Below are positions 1 to 9,303 of a stretch of DNA of 64,000 nucleotides, piece after piece. Under the pieces are notes generated by a model. That model was not told the DNA's origin. It saw only the letters and a program-made list of their open reading frames with translations, and did no database searches. The first letter of the stretch is position 1, and each line of letters opens with the position of its first letter. The DNA comes from Actinomycetota bacterium (GTDB taxonomy: Bacteria > Actinomycetota > UBA4738): the NCBI GenBank assembly GCA_036847185.1, contig DAIUAM010000004.1, positions 24,861-88,860 of the forward strand, read 5' to 3'. The translations under genes were made by a program, and so were the position numbers.

Positions 1-77
1 CATCCGCCACAGGGTCATCGGTCGTCGCGAGCCGTGTCGGACCGTGACGACTGGAGTGGCGGGTGGGCCCGAGCTGC

Positions 78-995
78 TCACCGCACCAGCTCCAGGAACG
101 CGCTCTCCAGGTCGTGGATGAGCGGTTCGAAGCCGATCACGCGGACGCCGGCCCTGGCCAGGGCAGCGGGCAGCCGGTGTTCGGCTTCCTCCATCGAGGT
201 GACCAGGACGCGAAGGTCCCCCGCGCCGCGGTCCGTGACCTCCCTGACCCAGCTCTCGGCTCGCAACAGGGCGAGGGCAGGTTCGACGGGGGGCCGGAGG
301 CGAACCACGTATGTGGGGGAGAGGCGTCGGGTCAGTAGGTCGTCCAGCGGACCCTGGAACAGCAGGCGCCCCTCGTGCAGCACCCCCACGTCCCGGCACA
401 CGCGTTGTACGTCGTCCAGGATGTGACTGGAGAACAGGACGCTGGCCCGGCGGCCGAGGCGGGCGACCAGGTCCAGGACGTCGCGCCGGCCCTCCGGGTC
501 CAGGGCGGAGCTCGGTTCGTCCAGAAGCAGGAGCTCCGGATCCCCGACGACCGTGGCGGCCAACCCGAGACGCTGGAGCATGCCCCGGGAGAACCCTCCC
601 ACCCGGACGTCGGCCACCGGGGCGAGGCCGGCTTCGGCCAGAACGTCGTCGACCCGATGCCCGGGCGTCTCGGGCGCCACGAGCGTTCGCGCGAGATCCA
701 CGACCTCCCGGGCGGTGAGCCACGGCTCGAATGCCGGCGTGTCGGCCAGAACCGCGACCTTCGAACGCGGGACGCCGACGTCCACGGTGCCGGCCGTCGG
801 TCTGCGCAGACCCGAGAGGATGCCGAGCAGGGTGGTCTTGCCCGCGCCGTTCGGCCCGACCAGCCCGTAGACCGTCCCCTTCGCCACGACGATGTCGATG
901 CCCGACAGTGCCGTTCGGGATCCGTAGGTCTTCGTGAGCCCCTGGGTACGAACGACCAGGTCACCGGCCGCCGAGGGTTCCGCAGAGGGCTCCAT
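78..995 (-). CDS. ABC transporter ATP-binding protein (about 305 aa). The minus-strand ORF is trimmed to the internal ATG (MEPSAEPS...); the upstream 96 aa look like non-coding read-through.
   Basis: Walker [13 protein letters not shown] signature LSRGMLQRL, Walker [13 protein letters not shown], and an H-loop region are present. The start was chosen at the ATG at 995..993 immediately preceding the conserved N-terminal region. Confidence 0.8.
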   Translation of the reverse strand: MEPSAEPSAAGDLVVRTQGLTKTYGSRTALSGIDIVVAKGTVYGLVGPNGAGKTTLLGILSGLRRPTAGTVDVGVPRSKVAVLADTPAFEPWLTAREVVDLARTLVAPETPGHRVDDVLAEAGLAPVADVRVGGFSRGMLQRLGLAATVVGDPELLLLDEPSSALDPEGRRDVLDLVARLGRRASVLFSSHILDDVQRVCRDVGVLHEGRLLFQGPLDDLLTRRLSPTYVVRLRPPVEPALALLRAESWVREVTDRGAGDLRVLVTSMEEAEHRLPAALARAGVRVIGFEPLIHDLESAFLELVR

Positions 996-1065
996 CTCGA
1001 TCCAAGACCCTACGGGCTCGCCGCCCGTGCCCACAAGGCACGGTGGACCCAGTCCAGGGGTCCGG

Positions 1066-2682
1066 ATGCGGGTACGCTTGGCTTCGATGAGTCCATCGGA
1101 CCAGCCGGAGCGGCGGCTCACCGACGCCGGGGTCGAGATCCGACCGCTGTATGAGGGGAGCGACCTCTTAAGGTTCGAACCGGCCCGTGATCTCGGCCGA
1201 CCGGGCGAGCCACCGTTCACCCGCGGCGTGTACCCGTCGATGTACCGAGGCCGCCTGTGGACCATGCGGCAGTACGCCGGCATGGGAACGGCCCGCGAGT
1301 CGAACGCGCGCTACCGGTACCTGCTCGAGCGCGGCCAGACGGGCCTGTCCATCGCGTTCGACCTCCCCACGCAGATGGGGTACGACAGCGACCATCCGCG
1401 GGCGGAAGGCGAGGTCGGCAAGACGGGCGTGGCGATCGATTCGCTCGACGACATGCGGTTGCTGCTGGACGGGATCCCCCTGGACCAGGTCACCACCTCC
1501 ATGACCATCAACGCCACCGCGGCGATCCTGCTGCTGCTCTACGAGCTGGTGGCCGAGGAGCAGGGCGTGCCGGCGTCGGCGATCGGGGGGACGGTACAGA
1601 ACGACATCCTCAAGGAGTACGCCGCACGAGGAACGTATATCTACCCGCCGAAGCCATCGATGAGATTGATCACCGACGTCTTCGGATACTGTCGCGAGCA
1701 CATCCCGAAATGGAACACGATCAGCATCTCGGGCTACCACATGCGGGAGGCGGGCTGTACCTCCGTGCAGGAGGTCGCGTTCACGCTGGCGGACGGGATG
1801 GCCTACGTGCAGGCCGCGCTGGACGCGGACATGGCGGTGGACGAATTCAGCCCTCGCCTGTCGTTCTTCTTCGCCTGCCACCAGAACTTCTTCGAGGAGG
1901 TGGCGAAGTTCCGGGCCGCCCGCCGGCTGTGGGCGAAGACCATGACGGGGCGCTTCGGCGCGAAGGACCCGCGGAGCGCGATGCTCCGCTTCCACACCCA
2001 GACCGGCGGCGTCACGCTCACCGCGCAGCAGCCGGAGAACAACATCGTCCGGACGGCGTACGAGGCGATGTCCGCGGTCCTCGGCGGCACCCAGTCGCTC
2101 CATACGAACTCGTTCGACGAGGCGGTCGCGCTCCCCACCGAGCACGCGGTGAAGATCGCGCTTCGGACGCAGCAGGTCCTGGGCCTCGAGACCGGCGTGG
2201 CGGACACCGTCGACCCGTTGGCCGGTTCGTACTTCGTCGAGTCTCTGACCAACGAGATCGAACTGCGCGCCTCTGAGTACATCGAGAAGATCGACGGGAT
2301 GGGCGGCGCCGTCGCGGCGATCGAGGCGGGATGGATCCAGGACGAGATCGCCGAGGCCGCGTTCCAGATCCAGCAGGCCGTGGAGTCGGGTGAGCGGGTG
2401 GTGGTGGGCGTCAACCGCTGGCAGGAGGCCGACGAGGCCCCCCTCGACATCCAGAAGATCGACGAGACCGAAGTGGACGCCCAGCGGGACCGGATCCGCC
2501 AGGTGCGTGCCACGCGCGACCAGGTCCTGGTGGACCGGCTGCTCGGTGAGGTCGGGGAGACTGCGAAGGGCACCGCCAACCTGCTCCCACCCATGAAGGA
2601 GGCACTTCGCGCAGGGGCCACGCTCGGAGAAGTGTCCGACGCGCTGCGGGCGGTGTTCGGCGTGTACACCCCGAGCCGGTGA
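1066..2682 (+). CDS. Methylmalonyl-CoA mutase family protein, catalytic (substrate-binding TIM barrel) subunit only; it has no C-terminal B12-binding domain.
   Basis: The protein carries [25 protein letters not shown]...[18 protein letters not shown]...[10 protein letters not shown]...[18 protein letters not shown], which is the mutase N-terminal barrel with the MCM-type Tyr and Arg. It ends after about 530 aa with no DxHxxG B12 domain. Start candidates are 1066 (AGGGG RBS), 1072 and 1087. Confidence 0.85.
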   Translation: MRVRLASMSPSDQPERRLTDAGVEIRPLYEGSDLLRFEPARDLGRPGEPPFTRGVYPSMYRGRLWTMRQYAGMGTARESNARYRYLLERGQTGLSIAFDLPTQMGYDSDHPRAEGEVGKTGVAIDSLDDMRLLLDGIPLDQVTTSMTINATAAILLLLYELVAEEQGVPASAIGGTVQNDILKEYAARGTYIYPPKPSMRLITDVFGYCREHIPKWNTISISGYHMREAGCTSVQEVAFTLADGMAYVQAALDADMAVDEFSPRLSFFFACHQNFFEEVAKFRAARRLWAKTMTGRFGAKDPRSAMLRFHTQTGGVTLTAQQPENNIVRTAYEAMSAVLGGTQSLHTNSFDEAVALPTEHAVKIALRTQQVLGLETGVADTVDPLAGSYFVESLTNEIELRASEYIEKIDGMGGAVAAIEAGWIQDEIAEAAFQIQQAVESGERVVVGVNRWQEADEAPLDIQKIDETEVDAQRDRIRQVRATRDQVLVDRLLGEVGETAKGTANLLPPMKEALRAGATLGEVSDALRAVFGVYTPSR

Positions 2683-2939
2683 ACCGCCGGCAGCGGATCG
2701 TCGCCGGGTCCATCCTGCTGGTCCTCGTGATGGCCGGGGTGATGGCCAGCGGGCTCACCGCGCACGCGTTCGCCGCGGCCTCGACCCCGTCACCTACGCC
2801 GTCGCCCGTTCCGGTGAGTCCCGGTACCCGGGCGCTCAATTACCTGTTCGCCGCTCTCTGCATCGCGGGCGTGGTGTGGATCTTCCGCCGCAAGTGGGCC
2901 ATGGGGAACCCGCGCGACGACGAACCGCGACCCCGCTGA
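2679..2939 (+). CDS. Small hypothetical membrane protein (86 aa) translationally coupled to the mutase by an ATGA overlap.
   Basis: The start overlaps the mutase stop. It has an N-terminal hydrophobic helix, a Pro/Thr-rich linker ([14 protein letters not shown]) and a second helix followed by RRKW. There is no recognisable family. Confidence 0.4.
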   Translation: MNRRQRIVAGSILLVLVMAGVMASGLTAHAFAAASTPSPTPSPVPVSPGTRALNYLFAALCIAGVVWIFRRKWAMGNPRDDEPRPR

Positions 2940-2952
2940 CCTCACCCGATCG

Positions 2953-3736
2953 ATGACCGAGCCCGTTGGCACCGTGCCCGCGTCCCTGAGCTTCGACCGC
3001 ATCGCCGATGCGTACGACCGGACCCGCGGCGGGATGGGCCGGGGCCGGCGGTTCGCGGAGGAGCTGGCACCGTTCTTCGACCCGAGCCGGCCACTGTTCG
3101 AGGTGGGGATAGGGACCGGCCTGATCGCGCTGGGGCTCCGCGAGCTGGGGTTCGGCGTGGCCGGCGTGGATCTCTCTGAGGCGATGGCCCGAACGGCGCG
3201 TGCCCGGATCGGCTCATCGGTGGCGCTGGGCGACGCGCGGCGGCTGCCGGTCCGCGATCACGCCCTGCCTCAAGCATTCTCGGTCTGGGTCCTGCACGTG
3301 GTGGGGGATCCCGGGGGCGTGCTCGCGGAGGTCGCCCGCGTGCTCGCACCGAGCGGACGCTACGCCGTGATCCCGGGGTTCAGCGCCGAGCCCGGCGACC
3401 TGATCGGGAAGGCGATCCTCGAGATGCAGCTTCGAGCCGATCCTCACGGCCACCGCCGCGACGACGAGGAGCACCTCCGGGGGTCCCGCCACGGCGGCGG
3501 GTCTCCGGCTCGTCCTGAGCCGGCCGCTCGCCATGCACGACTACGAGGAGTCCCCAGCCGACGCGCTCCGCAAGATCGAGGCGCGGTCGTATTCGTGGCT
3601 GTGGGACCTGAGCGACGCTGGCTACGCGCACGCCGTGGAGCCGGCCGTGCGGGCTCTGCGCTCCTTGCCGGATCCCGAGCAACCGATCCAGCGCCGGTCG
3701 AGTGGCCGCCTGCTCCTGTTCGAACCGGAGCCCTGA
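2953..3736 (+). CDS. Class I SAM-dependent methyltransferase with an apparent +1 frameshift at a GGGGG run (3476-3480). The ORF track splits it into 2953..3774 and 3533..3736.
   Basis: The N-terminal frame has the SAM motif FEVGIGTGLIALGLRELGFGVAGVDLSEAM and the motif ARVLAPSGRY. Removing one G at 3476-3480 reads continuously ...EEHLRGPATAAGLRLVLSRPLAMHDYEESPADALRKIEARSYSWLWDLSD... to the stop at 3736. Total length is 784 nt, i.e. 3n+1. Confidence 0.65.
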
Positions 3737-3758
3737 CGCCTGTCCGGCGACTGTGTCT

Positions 3759-4472
3759 ATGCTCTGCGCCGTGACGATCGCGATCATCGGCGGCACCGGC
3801 GATGAGGGGTTCGGGCTGGCGCTTCGGCTGACGAAGGCCGGCGAGGAGGTCCTGATAGGCTCGCGGACCGAGGAGAAGGGCGCCGCGGCCGCGGCACGGG
3901 CGCGCGAGCTGGTGGGGGCCGTTGGGGGCGGCTCCGTGGAGGGCACCACGAACCAGGACGCCGCTGCCCGCTCGGGGATCGTGTTCGTCACCGTCCCGTT
4001 CGCCGGCCAGGCCGAGATCTACCGCTCGATCAAGGACTCGCTCCAGGCCGACGGGATCGTGTGCGACGCGACGTCGCCCCTGGCCACCGCCGTGGGCCGG
4101 CCGGCATGGCAGGTGCTCACCCCGTGGGAGGGCTCCGCGGCGGAGCAGGCCAAGGCGATCGTTCCCAAGTCCGTGCGGCTCGTTTCGGGCATGCAGACGG
4201 TGTCCGGTGAGGCGCTGCAGGGTCTCGACCGCCCGCTCGAGGGCGACGTCCTGCTGTGCGGCGGGGACGCGGAGGCGAAGGCTGCCGTCGGGGGGCTGAT
4301 CGCGAGGATCCCGAACCTCGGGTGGGTCGACGCCGGCCCGCTGTCGATGGCCCGGGTCACCGAACGACTGACCGCGGTCCTGGTCAGCGTGAACCGGACC
4401 TACGGGATCCGGGAAGCCGGCTTCGCCCTGACCGGCCGGGGCGGCTGGGGGCAACCGCCCGAACGTGCGTGA
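3759..4472 (+). CDS. fno: F420-dependent NADP+ oxidoreductase (Fno/NpdG family).
   Basis: IAIIGGTGDEGFGLALRLTKAGEEVLIGSRTEEKGAAAAA is the characteristic Fno N-terminal Rossmann segment, and the size is about 237 aa. The start is set at the ATG (MLCAVTIAIIGG) rather than the upstream 3702 ATG. Confidence 0.75.
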   Translation: MLCAVTIAIIGGTGDEGFGLALRLTKAGEEVLIGSRTEEKGAAAAARARELVGAVGGGSVEGTTNQDAAARSGIVFVTVPFAGQAEIYRSIKDSLQADGIVCDATSPLATAVGRPAWQVLTPWEGSAAEQAKAIVPKSVRLVSGMQTVSGEALQGLDRPLEGDVLLCGGDAEAKAAVGGLIARIPNLGWVDAGPLSMARVTERLTAVLVSVNRTYGIREAGFALTGRGGWGQPPERA

Positions 4473-4487
4473 CGGCCGCCGCCGCAG

Positions 4488-5480
4488 CTAGGCCCCGTGG
4501 CCCAGCGCGGCCAGCTGCTGTTCGAGCGACAGGCCTCCGCCGTAGACCGCCGTCAGCCATGGCATGAAGAGTTCGTCCACGCCCCGGACCGCCGCGAAGT
4601 ACCGCCGCTGCAGCTCCAGCGTGACCGGGCCCACGTCGCCCGATCCGACCGGGCGCCGGTCCACGGACGTGATCGGCGAGATCTGCACGCCGGTCCCGCA
4701 CAGGAACAGCTCGTCGGCCAGGTGCAGCTCTGTTCGAGCCACCCGCCGTTCCACCGCAGGGATGCCCGCCCGCCTCGCGATGTCCAGCACGCCCGCCCGC
4801 GTGATGCCCGGGAGGATGTCCGAGCTCACGTCCGGGGTGAGCAGCTCGCCGTCACGGACCAAGAACAGGTTCGCCGCGCTGGCCTCGCTGACGAAGCCGT
4901 CGGCCGTCAGCAGGATGGCTTCCTCGTAGCCGCCCGCCTGCGCGTCCGCCACGGCGATCGCCGCGTTCATGTACCCTCCGGTCGACTTCACGCGGGGTGG
5001 GATCGCGCTGTCCGAGTTCCGCCGCCAGCTCGAGATGGTCACCGACAGCCCCTCGGCCGTGCTGTGGTAGTCGCCCATCGGCGTCGTGAAGCAGCCGAGC
5101 GCGTCGTCCAGCCCCGTCGCACCCACCCGGATCGAAGGATTCGCCCTGAAGGCGAGCGGCCGGATGTACACGTCCCGCCGGTAGCCGTTCATCCGGACCA
5201 GTTCGACCGTCATCGCGGCCATGTCCTCCGGCGGCATCGGCAGCGAGATCCGCAAGAAGCGGGCCGAACGTTCCATCCGCCGGTAGTGGTCGAGCAGACG
5301 GAGCAGGTACAGCTCGCTGTGCCGATCGTTCCAGTACCCGCGGATCCCCTCGAAGCATCCCGTCCCGTAGTTCAGCGCATGCGTGGCGATCGTGATGGTC
5401 GCCTCTTCGACCGGGACGAATCGCCCCTGGAAGAACACGATGCCCTCCGCTTCGAACCCCGCGTGGCGCTGCTCGTTCAT
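4488..5480 (-). CDS. ilvE: Branched-chain amino acid aminotransferase (PLP fold type IV).
   Basis: Family motifs are present: FEGIRGYW, YIRPLAF, ...GGYMNAAIAVADAQAGGYEEAILL, and LFLCGTGVQISPITSVD. Length is 330 aa. Confidence 0.8.
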   Translation of the reverse strand: MNEQRHAGFEAEGIVFFQGRFVPVEEATITIATHALNYGTGCFEGIRGYWNDRHSELYLLRLLDHYRRMERSARFLRISLPMPPEDMAAMTVELVRMNGYRRDVYIRPLAFRANPSIRVGATGLDDALGCFTTPMGDYHSTAEGLSVTISSWRRNSDSAIPPRVKSTGGYMNAAIAVADAQAGGYEEAILLTADGFVSEASAANLFLVRDGELLTPDVSSDILPGITRAGVLDIARRAGIPAVERRVARTELHLADELFLCGTGVQISPITSVDRRPVGSGDVGPVTLELQRRYFAAVRGVDELFMPWLTAVYGGGLSLEQQLAALGHGA

Positions 5481-5623
5481 GGTGATCGCTCCTTCGTCGC
5501 GTCGGTCTTCGACGCGAAGCTAAGAGCGCGGATGAGGCCGTAGAGGGGACGTTCGGCGCGCGGTCGGGGGGACCATCGGCGGGTCGTTCGGGATCGTTCA
5601 GGACGCCCGCGGGCGGTTCGGCG

Positions 5624-7381
5624 TCAATGTACGGCCGGGTCGTGCTCGTCGGTCGAGATGAGCACCAGCGGCTGCCCGATCTCGACCACGTCACCCTTCT
5701 TCACCTGGACCTCGGCCACCGTTCCGTCGCGGGTCGCGGTCAGATGGTTCTCCATCTTCATCGCCTCCAGGATGCAGACCGTCTGCCCGGCGGCGACCTC
5801 CTGGCCGGGTTCGACCAGCACCTCGAGGAGCGTGCCCTGCATCGGCGCGGTGATGAGTTCCCCGGCTCCGGCCGCGGCGTCTCTGGCCACCGTCGCGACG
5901 GGTGGGGGGGGAGGGGTTCGAAGCTCCTGTCCCCACACCAGGACTGGGATCCGCCTGCCGTCGACCTCGACCACCAGGCGGGCCGGCTTCACTGGCGTGG
6001 CGGACGCCACGGTGATCTGCCCATCGCCCGTCGTGGGCGCGAACTGGCCCGCCGCCAGTGCCTCCTCGACGAAGCCGGTCGTCACCGTGCCGCTCCGGAA
6101 CGCCTCGGTCTGGAGCATCCACCGATGGAACGGAACGGTGGTGGCGATGCCGTCCAGCTCCAGCTCGTCCAGTGCGCGGAGCATCCGGCGGCGGGCCAGC
6201 TCGCGGTCCTCGGCCCACACGATGAGCTTCGCGAACAGCGAGTCGTAGTTGCCCGCCACGGGCCGGCCTTCGGTGAGGCCCGAGTCCAGCCGGACGAACG
6301 GCCCGCCCGGGCGGCGGTGCCGGGTCACCAGCCCGGGCGACGGGGCGAAGTCGTGGTAGGGGTCTTCGGCGTTCAGCCGGCACTCGATCGAGTGGCCGCG
6401 GAGGATCGGGGCGAGCTCGACCGGCTCGCCCAGCGCGATCAGGATCTGGTGCCGGACCAGGTCCAGCCCGGTCACCATCTCGGTCACCGGGTGTTCGACC
6501 TGCAGCCGGGCGTTGACCTCCATGAAGTAGAACGAACCGTCCGGCTCGGCCAGGAACTCGACGGTCCCCGCGTTCACGTAGCCGGCCTCGCGAGCGATGG
6601 CCACCGCGGCCTCGCCCATCCGGCTCCGCATCACCGGGTCGACCCGCGGGGACGGCGACTCCTCGATCAGCTTCTGGTAGCGGCGCTGGGTCGAACAATC
6701 CCGCTCGCCCAGGAAGGACACGTTGCCGTGGGCGTCGGCCAGGATCTGGGCCTCGACGTGGTGAGCCCGAGCGATGTACCGCTCGAGGTAGACCTCCGCC
6801 CGGCCGAAGTAGGCCTTCGCCTCCCGGGCCGAACGTTCGACCGCTTCCCGCAATGCGCCGGGGTCCTCGACCAGCCGCATGCCCTTGCCGCCGCCGCCGA
6901 AGGCCGCCTTGACCACCAGCGGGAAGCCGATCCGGTCCGCTTCCCCGGGGGCGTCCTGGGGCGAGATCGGATCGAGGGTGCCGGGGACGATCGGCGCTCC
7001 GGCCCGCTCCGCCGCGCGCCGGGCCGCCATCTTGTCGCCGAGGATCGCCATCGCGTCGGGCGGAGGGCCGATGAAGGTGAATCCGGCCTCACCGAGGGTT
7101 CGGGCGAACTCGGCATTCTCCGCCAGGAACCCGTAGCCGGGGTGGACCATGGTGGCCCGTCCCCGGCGGGCCGCCTCCAGGATCCGGGGCACGTTCAGGT
7201 AGGACTCGGCGGGCGCGGCGGGCCCGATGTGGTAGGCCTCGTCGGCCATCTCGACGTGCAGGGCGTCGCGGTCTACGTCGGAATAGACCGCGATGGTCGG
7301 GATGCCGAGCTCCCGGCACGTCCGCATGATCCGGACGGCGATCTCGCCCCGGTTCGCCACCAGGATGCGTGTTTCGGCCAC
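5624..7381 (-). CDS. Acyl-CoA carboxylase alpha subunit (biotin carboxylase plus C-terminal biotinyl carrier domain, EAMKM). Uses a GTG start.
   Basis: It has ILVANRGEIAVRIMRTCRELGI, the ATP-grasp core, and the C-terminal AMKMEN biotin attachment motif. The start codon is GTG (the minus strand reads ...gcgtgtttcggccac). Confidence 0.9.
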   Translation of the reverse strand: MAETRILVANRGEIAVRIMRTCRELGIPTIAVYSDVDRDALHVEMADEAYHIGPAAPAESYLNVPRILEAARRGRATMVHPGYGFLAENAEFARTLGEAGFTFIGPPPDAMAILGDKMAARRAAERAGAPIVPGTLDPISPQDAPGEADRIGFPLVVKAAFGGGGKGMRLVEDPGALREAVERSAREAKAYFGRAEVYLERYIARAHHVEAQILADAHGNVSFLGERDCSTQRRYQKLIEESPSPRVDPVMRSRMGEAAVAIAREAGYVNAGTVEFLAEPDGSFYFMEVNARLQVEHPVTEMVTGLDLVRHQILIALGEPVELAPILRGHSIECRLNAEDPYHDFAPSPGLVTRHRRPGGPFVRLDSGLTEGRPVAGNYDSLFAKLIVWAEDRELARRRMLRALDELELDGIATTVPFHRWMLQTEAFRSGTVTTGFVEEALAAGQFAPTTGDGQITVASATPVKPARLVVEVDGRRIPVLVWGQELRTPPPPPVATVARDAAAGAGELITAPMQGTLLEVLVEPGQEVAAGQTVCILEAMKMENHLTATRDGTVAEVQVKKGDVVEIGQPLVLISTDEHDPAVH

Positions 7382-7457
7382 GTTCGGAGCATACCTGCGG
7401 GAAGGCGTAGGATTCGGCGACGCCGAAAGCCCACACGCCCACTAGGGGGGAACGGCC

Positions 7458-7877
7458 TTGGCCGACGACCGCATCCCACTGCTCGCCACCGTCCCGCTGT
7501 TCCGGGACCTCTCTGCGCGGGAGCTCCGCGAGGTGCTCGGCGCCGGTAAGGACATCGAGTTCCCCGCCGGCCGCATGATCGTGGAGGAGGGTTCGATCGG
7601 GACGGACTTCTACATGATCCTGTCCGGCGACGCCACCGTTAGCAAGGGCGGGCGGGTCATCCGCAGGCTGCGGCCGGGCGACTTCTTCGGCGAGATCTCG
7701 CTGCTGGACGGCGGGCCGCGCTCGGCCACCGTGGTCGCCGAAGGCCACGTCCTCGCGTTCCGGCTGAACCGTCCGGTCATGCTCCGCCTGCTCGACCGCG
7801 AGCGCTCGATCGCCCGCAAGGTGCTGCTCGAAGTCATCAAGCGGCTGCGTTCGGCCGAACGCAAAGCGTTCTACTGA
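7458..7877 (+). CDS. Stand-alone cyclic-nucleotide-binding (cNMP/CAP effector) domain protein, 139 aa.
   Basis: FRDLSARELREVL...FPAGRMIVEEGSIGTDFYMILSGDATVSKGGRVIRRLRPGDFFGEISLLDGGPRSATVVA shows the canonical cNMP-binding beta-roll with the GE...R.A phosphate-binding cassette. Confidence 0.75.
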   Translation: MADDRIPLLATVPLFRDLSARELREVLGAGKDIEFPAGRMIVEEGSIGTDFYMILSGDATVSKGGRVIRRLRPGDFFGEISLLDGGPRSATVVAEGHVLAFRLNRPVMLRLLDRERSIARKVLLEVIKRLRSAERKAFY

Positions 7878-7882
7878 AGGCG

Positions 7883-8677
7883 GTGCTGACCGCCGAGCTC
7901 GTTGCCCGGGCGGTAGCGCAGGCCGGGATCGACTCAGCCCCCCGTTTCTATGAGAGCACCGGCTCCACGAACACCGACCTGATCGACCTGGGGGGGGCCG
8001 GGGCGCCCGAGTGGACGGTGGCGGTGGCGAACGAACAGACGGCGGGCCGGGGACGGCTGGGCAGGACGTGGGAATCGCGGCGCGGGCTCACGCTCCCCGT
8101 GTCGGTCTTGCTGCGGCCGCGTGTCGCGGGCTCCGAGGTGCCGCTGCTCTCGCTGGCCGCCGGCGTGGCGATGGCCGAAGCCTGTCGGCAAGCGGTTGGG
8201 GTGGAGGTCCGTTGCAAGTGGCCGAACGACCTCGTCGTCGGGGACCGGAAGCTGGGCGGCATCCTTACCGAGGCGAGTGTCGAAGGCGGCGTCGTGGCGT
8301 TCGCGGTGATCGGGACCGGGGTGAACCTCCTCCACGGCCGGGACGACTTCCCAGAGGACCTCCGCCTGCCGGCCACGTCGGTGGCGCTCGAGGGCGGAGA
8401 CCCGGACGTCGAAGCGCTGCTCCGTGCCTACCTCGCCGGCCTCCGGGAGCTGTACGGAGAAGCCGGTTCGGCGCTCGCCACCACCGCGGTCTCGCGGTAC
8501 CGCCCCGTCTGCGACACGATCGGGCGGCGGGTCCGGGCCCAGACGATCGGCGGCGAAGCGGTCGACGGGCTGGCCGTGGGCGTGGGCGAGCGGGGCGAGC
8601 TGCTGGTGCAGACCGAGGGCGGCGGCACCGAACGGGTTGCCTTCGGCGAGGTCGAGCACCTCGACTGGGGGTCCTGA
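7883..8677 (+). CDS. birA: Biotin--[acetyl-CoA-carboxylase] ligase (group I BirA without an HTH domain).
   Basis: The motifs ANEQTAGRGRLGRTWES, KWPNDL and GILTEA define the biotin protein ligase catalytic domain. The gene is adjacent to a biotin carboxylase gene. Confidence 0.8.
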   Translation: MLTAELVARAVAQAGIDSAPRFYESTGSTNTDLIDLGGAGAPEWTVAVANEQTAGRGRLGRTWESRRGLTLPVSVLLRPRVAGSEVPLLSLAAGVAMAEACRQAVGVEVRCKWPNDLVVGDRKLGGILTEASVEGGVVAFAVIGTGVNLLHGRDDFPEDLRLPATSVALEGGDPDVEALLRAYLAGLRELYGEAGSALATTAVSRYRPVCDTIGRRVRAQTIGGEAVDGLAVGVGERGELLVQTEGGGTERVAFGEVEHLDWGS

Positions 8678-8694
8678 CCGGGCCGCACCCCCCG

Positions 8695-9178
8695 TTACGG
8701 GCAGGCGGCCTGACCCGAGTTCGGATCGAGCATGCAGGATGAGGTATCGACCGCCTCGAACGCCGACGCGGGGACCGACTTCAGCTGGTCCAGCAGCGCG
8801 TTCCGCCAGTGGCCGTCCTCGGTGCCCTGGAAGTACCAGTTCGAGCCATTGTCGGCCAGGATCAGCCCGTACTGCTTCATCGCCTTCAGGATGACCCGAG
8901 CCGCAGGACTGAAGCCGGCCAGGCTGAAGCTCGCCTTCAGTCGGAACCGGGCGCCCATGGGTGGGTAGTTCGCGCTGCACGTCCCCGCGTCGTGGCGAGC
9001 GGGCCAGATGTGCGAGCGGTCGGTGAGGTCGACGGTGAACCGGATGGCGTGACCGATGGCGCCGGCCCGGACCTCGTCCCACCGCACCAGCCCGGGGAAG
9101 ATCGGGAGCCCCGCCGCAGGTCGCCGCGAGCAGCGCGACGGCCGCCCCGGCCACTGCGGATCGGCGGATCCGTTGCAT
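8695..9178 (-). CDS. Hypothetical secreted (possibly lipo-)protein, apparently frameshifted. A signal-peptide frame (from the ATG at 9178) joins the 130-aa ORF frame if one G is removed from the GGGG run at 9094-9097.
   Basis: One frame encodes MQRIRRSAVAGAAVALLAATCGGAPDLP, a signal-like segment, and then degenerates. The other frame encodes GLVRWDEVRAGAIGHAIRF...YGLILADNGSNWYFQG with no ATG start, only a GTG at 9087. The 1-nt correction joins them exactly. Confidence 0.4.
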
Positions 9179-9303
9179 GGCCTTGGTCACGATACGCGGC
9201 TTCCGCTTGCGGTATCGGGTCGAACCGACCGACCTCTTGAGACCGCTCTTCGCCGTAACCCGCTTGCTCACCCGGCCCGGCTTGTCGTAGCGTCCGGCGG
9301 GAC

